Part shown: positions 7,868 through 12,051 of the stretch, in pieces
Layout: every line of letters begins with the position of its first letter
How positions within the stretch are numbered: the stretch's first letter is position 1
Source: Octopus sinensis
Taxonomy: Eukaryota
Direction: 5' to 3'
NCBI RefSeq assembly: GCF_006345805.1
Contig: NW_021826691.1
Location: forward strand, 1-12,051
Length of the DNA: 12,051 bases
The notes under the pieces: generated by a model
Told to the model about the DNA's origin: nothing
Seen by the model: the letters and a program-made list of their open reading frames with translations, nothing else
Database searches by the model: none
Position numbers and translations under genes: made by a program

Positions 7868-7907
7868 GATAATAATAATAATAATGATAATAATAATAAT
7901 AATAATG
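7763..7907. repeat. (AAT)n/(GAT) array shared by two convergent elements
   Basis: Direct inspection. Confidence 0.97.
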
Positions 7908-8063
7908 ATCCTTTCCACTATGGGAACAAGTCCTGAAATTTTGTGGTAAGGGGTAAGTATCTTACATCGACCCCAGCGTTCAGTCGGTACTTATTTTATC
8001 GACCTTGATAGAATGAACAGCGAAGTCGAGCGCGGTGGAATTCGAAACTCAGAATCAGAACGT
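7908..8063 (-). mobile_element. Diverged, 5'-truncated SINE with a family-B-like body and a different tail ending in (ATT)n
   Basis: Reverse complement acgttctgattctgagtttcgaattccaccgcgctcgacttcgctgttcattctatcaaggtcgataaaataagtaccgactgaacgctggggtcgatgtaag aligns with 10318-10415. The tail ...aaaatttcaggacttgttcccatagtggaaaggatcattatt is unrelated to the family B tail. Confidence 0.8.
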
Positions 8064-8138
8064 GGGGGGAGAGCAGGAAAGCAATGATATAAATAATAAC
8101 CGCCATAATAACGACAGTGGAATAATACAAGCAATAAC

Positions 8139-8554
8139 GGCCAGGAGTGGCTGTGTGGTAAGTAGCTTGCTTACCAACCACATGGTCCCGGGTTCAGTCC
8201 CACTGCGTGGCAACTTGGGCAAGTGTCTTCTACTTTAGCCTCGGACCGACCAAAGCCTTGTGAGTGGATTTGGTAGACGGAAACTGAAAGAAGCCCGTCG
8301 TATATATGTATATATATGCATATGTATGTGTGTGCGTGTGTGTGTTTGTGTATCTGTGTTTGTCCCCCTAGCATTGCTTGACAACCGATGCTGGTGTGTT
8401 TATGTCCCCGTCACTTAGCGGTTCGGCAAAAGAGACCGATAGAATAAGTACTGGAGCTTACAAAGAATAAGTCCTGGGGTCGATTTGCTTGCTCGACTAA
8501 AGGCGGTGCTCCAGCATGGCCGCAGTCAAATGACTGAAACAAGTAAAAGAGTAT
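8139..8554 (+). mobile_element. tRNA-derived SINE, family A, copy 2 (near full length)
   Basis: A-box-like TGGCTGTGTGG at 8148-8158, B box GGTTCAGTCCC at 8191-8201; colinear with 235-724. Confidence 0.92.
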
Positions 8555-8577
8555 AACAAGTGAAGAAGATAAGGGCT

Positions 8578-8603
8578 ACAACAACAACAACAACAACAAC
8601 AAC
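8578..8603. repeat. (ACA)n microsatellite
   Basis: Direct inspection. Confidence 0.95.
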
Positions 8604-8679
8604 GACGAATAAGAACAAGGTTAATTGTGACAAAGCTTTCCGAAAGAAAGTTAGAAAGAATGGAAAATAGATAGGCACA

Positions 8680-9257
8680 CACGTATATACACGTAGATGC
8701 ACATACGTATAGATATATATAAAATATATATATATATATATATATGCTAAACGCAAACATACACAAACACATATACAAAACAAACAAACGCATTCATACG
8801 TACCCTCAAAATCCACATACACGCACACACAAATATGTGAGTGTGTGTGTGTGTATAGGTATATAGAATGTATGTGAATATATATGTATAGTAGTATGTA
8901 TGTATGTATGTACGTAAATCTATCTATCTATCTATATATTATATATATATATATAATATATATATATGTCTGTGTGTGTGTGTGTGTGTGTTGTGTGTGG
9001 TATGTTATTATATATATACATATATATATTGATAGAATGGTAAGACAACAAAAGAATGATATATATATTTGTATAAATAAATATTATATATATAAAATAT
9101 ATAACACACACACCTAATATATATATATATATATATATAATATATATATATTATGTATATATATATCTATATATATATTATATATATATATGTATATATA
9201 TATATATGTGTATATATATATATATGATATATGTGTATATATTATATATATATATAT

Positions 9258-9305
<48 letters not shown>

Positions 9306-9401
9306 GATATGAGGTGGGCGGCAATGCTGAGTATCTCCCTCAGGAACATATCCACTCCGACCAAAAAGCAATATACATACATACATACATATATATATAT
9401 G

Positions 9402-9434
<33 letters not shown>

Positions 9435-9530
9435 AAACATGCATAAACACAAACCCACAAACGTACGCAACACACCTATACACACAGAGACACACACGGA
9501 CACGCGCGCGCGCACACACACACACACATC
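8680..9530. repeat. Compound (TA)n/(CA)n/(TG)n microsatellite field with a ~60-nt unique island at 9310-9368
   Basis: Direct inspection; source of the YI/CV/HT ORFs. Confidence 0.92.
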
Positions 9531-9834
9531 ACATACAAATCTCTTCTGTCTGGAAATGTCATCAAGTTACCCTCAATAAGGGAGTGAGTGTCTGTGGGGG
9601 CAGAGTGTAAGGATGGAGGGAGGAGTTGTTTGTTTTACTTAAAGATAGAGGTTTGCGTATGGGAAGCGGGTAGGGGTAGGAAGAAAACAGGGTGGGGTGG
9701 GTGCTTAAAAATGTCGGGACGGAGGGGGTGAGGATTGATGGCAGAGTGGGGTGGCTGTAGGGGATGTGTTGTTAGAATCCTTCACGACTAAACAGTATGT
9801 CAATAACCACAGGGTTTACTCTAAGACATCAATT

Positions 9835-10094
9835 CAGCAGCATCCGTCTTCATCGTCATCATCCTCATCATCATCATCGTCATCGCCATAATAAACATCA
9901 TCATCGTCATGACCACCATCAGCATCACCATTATCATCATCAGCAGCAGCAGCAACAGCAGCGTCATCATTATCATAATCATCATCATCATCATCATCAT
10001 CATCACCGTCTTCATCACTAACATAATCATCAACATTATGACTACCACAACCACCACCACTACAACCACGACGACGACTACCACCACCACCACC

Positions 10095-10126
<32 letters not shown>

Positions 10127-10230
10127 CAACAACAACAGCATTGCTATCATTAGTAATATCATCGCCGTCGTCATCGTTTTCATTGTTATCATCACCATGA
10201 TCATCACCATCATTATCCCCACCACCATCT
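9835..10230. repeat. Compound (CAT)n/(CAG)n/(CAC)n/(CAA)n microsatellite
   Basis: Direct inspection. Confidence 0.92.
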
Positions 10231-10252
10231 TCTTAATATTATTGTGTGCGAA

Positions 10253-10719
10253 GGCGACGATCTGGCCGAAACGTTAGCACGCCGGGCGAAATGCTTATCG
10301 GTATTTCGTCTGCCGTTACGTTCTGAGTTCAAATTCTGCCGAGGTCGACTTTGCCTTTCATCCATTCAGGGTCGATTAAATAAGTACCAGTTACGCACTG
10401 GGGTCGATATAATCGACTTAATCGGTTTGTCTGTCCTTGTTTGTCCCTCTGTGTTTAGCCCCTTGTGGGTAGTAAAGAAACAGGTATTTCGTCTGTCTTT
10501 ACGTTCTGAGTTCAAATACCGCTGAGATCGACGAATCCTTTCGGGGTCGACAAATTAAGTACCAGTAACTCACTGGGGTCGATCTAATCGACTTAATCCC
10601 TTTGTCTGTCCTTGTTTGTCCCCTCTATGCTTATGCCCTTGTGTGCAATAAAGAAATAAGAAACGTTAGCACGCCGGGCGAAATGCTTAGTGATATTTCG
10701 TCTGTCTTTACGTTCTGAG
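10253..10719 (+). mobile_element. tRNA-derived SINE, family B, second multimeric array (full unit, head-truncated unit, partial third unit)
   Basis: Head ggcgacgatctggccgaaacgttagcac at 10253. Unit 2 restarts at gtatttcgtc at 10484; unit 3 restarts at gaaacgttagcac at ~10660 and breaks off at ctgag (10719), just as the B box begins. Confidence 0.9.
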
Positions 10720-11012
10720 AAGAAGTGCGTATGTTCCTAATGGTTTCGAAAAGCGAGCTGCCGATTTTGATGTTTGAGTTATCAAAAGATTTAGTAATCT
10801 TTCGGCTACCAAGTAAAGTATTTTTTGCACAACAACTCATTTTTACTATCAAAATAACCTCGAAAACGAGGTCGAGCTAAGAAGTAGAGGAGATAAACGA
10901 CAAAGGGAAAGAACAGAAAGTACAGGAAAGTTTAGAATGTATAAAAATAATAGTAATAATAATAATAATAGTTTTACGTTAAGTTCAAAAAGTCCAAAGG
11001 TTTCGGACATCG

Positions 11013-11043
11013 TATATATATATATATATTATATTATATATAA

Positions 11044-11110
<67 letters not shown>

Positions 11111-11114
11111 AATG

Positions 11115-11150
<36 letters not shown>

Positions 11151-11165
11151 ATTATAATATATATT
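11013..11165. repeat. (TA)n microsatellite
   Basis: Direct inspection. Confidence 0.95.
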
Positions 11166-12051
11166 ACAAAAGTAATATGGTGTTGTAATTATATGCAATT
11201 TATTTTCATGTTATATAATATAGGGAAATGAAGGTGGAAAACAAATATATAATTATATAAATATATGATTATATACATTTAGAAAAAGTGTTTATTTGCA
11301 TGCAAACATTGGTAAACCTTTTCTGATTTATCATTCAAGAGACTGTTCTTAGAGAATAGGATATGATACCTTTATCAAGGCAGAGCGAACGTGTCTTAGC
11401 TGATGGTTTATAAGGTAGAGCATTATTTAGAACTTTCCATCTAATTTTATTACTATCTATACATTTCCAAATAATTTACTAAGGCCTGTGCTATTACGTT
11501 TATTAATATTTTGAAATGAAGCTCTATGGTTCGCGATACGATATTTCACGTAACACGATGTTTCTCCAAGATAATAGAAATATTTACCTTCAGATTCAAC
11601 TGTGGCATGGTATACAAGGTTTTTTACGTTTACAGTGCCGGAGAATACTAGTTACTCACATTTGGAGCTAGGGAATTTACCCTGCAACACCGGTTTTTAA
11701 TTTCTCTGGCATTTCATACGTACAGTTTAGTTTCTTTTATATACCTAATATTTTTAAAGCCAAATATTTTTTCTTAGAACACCGGAAATTATATCCTAAC
11801 CAATTTAATTCTGAATGACACCAATGTTATAATGTTTTCTCAGTACTACTTCTAGAAAACATTATCGAAGTATACATTACACAACTCATGTTTACATCTG
11901 TCTTTCTACCATCTCGCTCACATAAACTTTTACAATCATATTTAATAGATATATTGGCGATCTTTCGTCTCTAGTAGACCTTTCCGTCGATTTCCGTAAA
12001 AAAAATTTATTTTTTTTTACATAGGGCTGGCGGAAACTTTTGAAGTAATAT

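Noticed and set aside
9310-9368. GC-balanced island within the TA field as a possible micro-exon
   Set aside because: No convincing polypyrimidine tract or splice-site pair on either strand; peptide not recognised.
9661-9728. G-tract cluster as a G-quadruplex
   Set aside because: Any four-tract combination needs a 13-14 nt loop, and such purine-rich patches are common in this sequence.
10857-10880. Hairpin ACCTCG-AAAA-CGAGGT followed by CTAA as a Helitron 3' end
   Set aside because: Stem is only 6 bp, spacing is atypical, and no matching 5' end or second copy is visible.
11560-11860. Isolated splice-like motifs (minus-strand AAG/GTAAAT near 11588, AT/GTGAGT near 11660; plus-strand tttacag and tttcttag)
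   Set aside because: They do not assemble into a credible exon with an open, recognisable reading frame; RNA-seq would be needed.

Overview
Eukaryotic non-coding, repeat-saturated DNA with no host protein-coding gene, RNA gene or CRISPR array. The SINE families, microsatellite density and R4/Dong-type LINE remnants look like an Octopus (coleoid cephalopod) genome; this is recognition from memory, not a database result. Contents: (i) two copies of a tRNA-headed SINE with an internal (TA)n/(TG)n tract (family A); (ii) two head-to-tail multimeric arrays of a second tRNA-headed SINE (family B), plus a diverged minus-strand relative with a different, (ATT)n-ending tail; (iii) a third tRNA-headed SINE on the minus strand (family C); (iv) two dead 3' fragments of restriction-like-endonuclease (R4/Dong-like) non-LTR retrotransposons; (v) three copies of an unclassified ~0.53 kb non-coding element ending in (AAT)n; (vi) many di-, tri- and tetranucleotide microsatellites, which account for almost all ORFs in the track. 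The most notable structure is 4183-7907: five co-oriented elements, mostly separated by (TAA)n tracts, ending in the tail of an oppositely oriented SINE. This looks like a self-reinforcing TAA-microsatellite landing pad. Nothing here clearly qualifies as a new gene system; the interest lies in mobile-element architecture.
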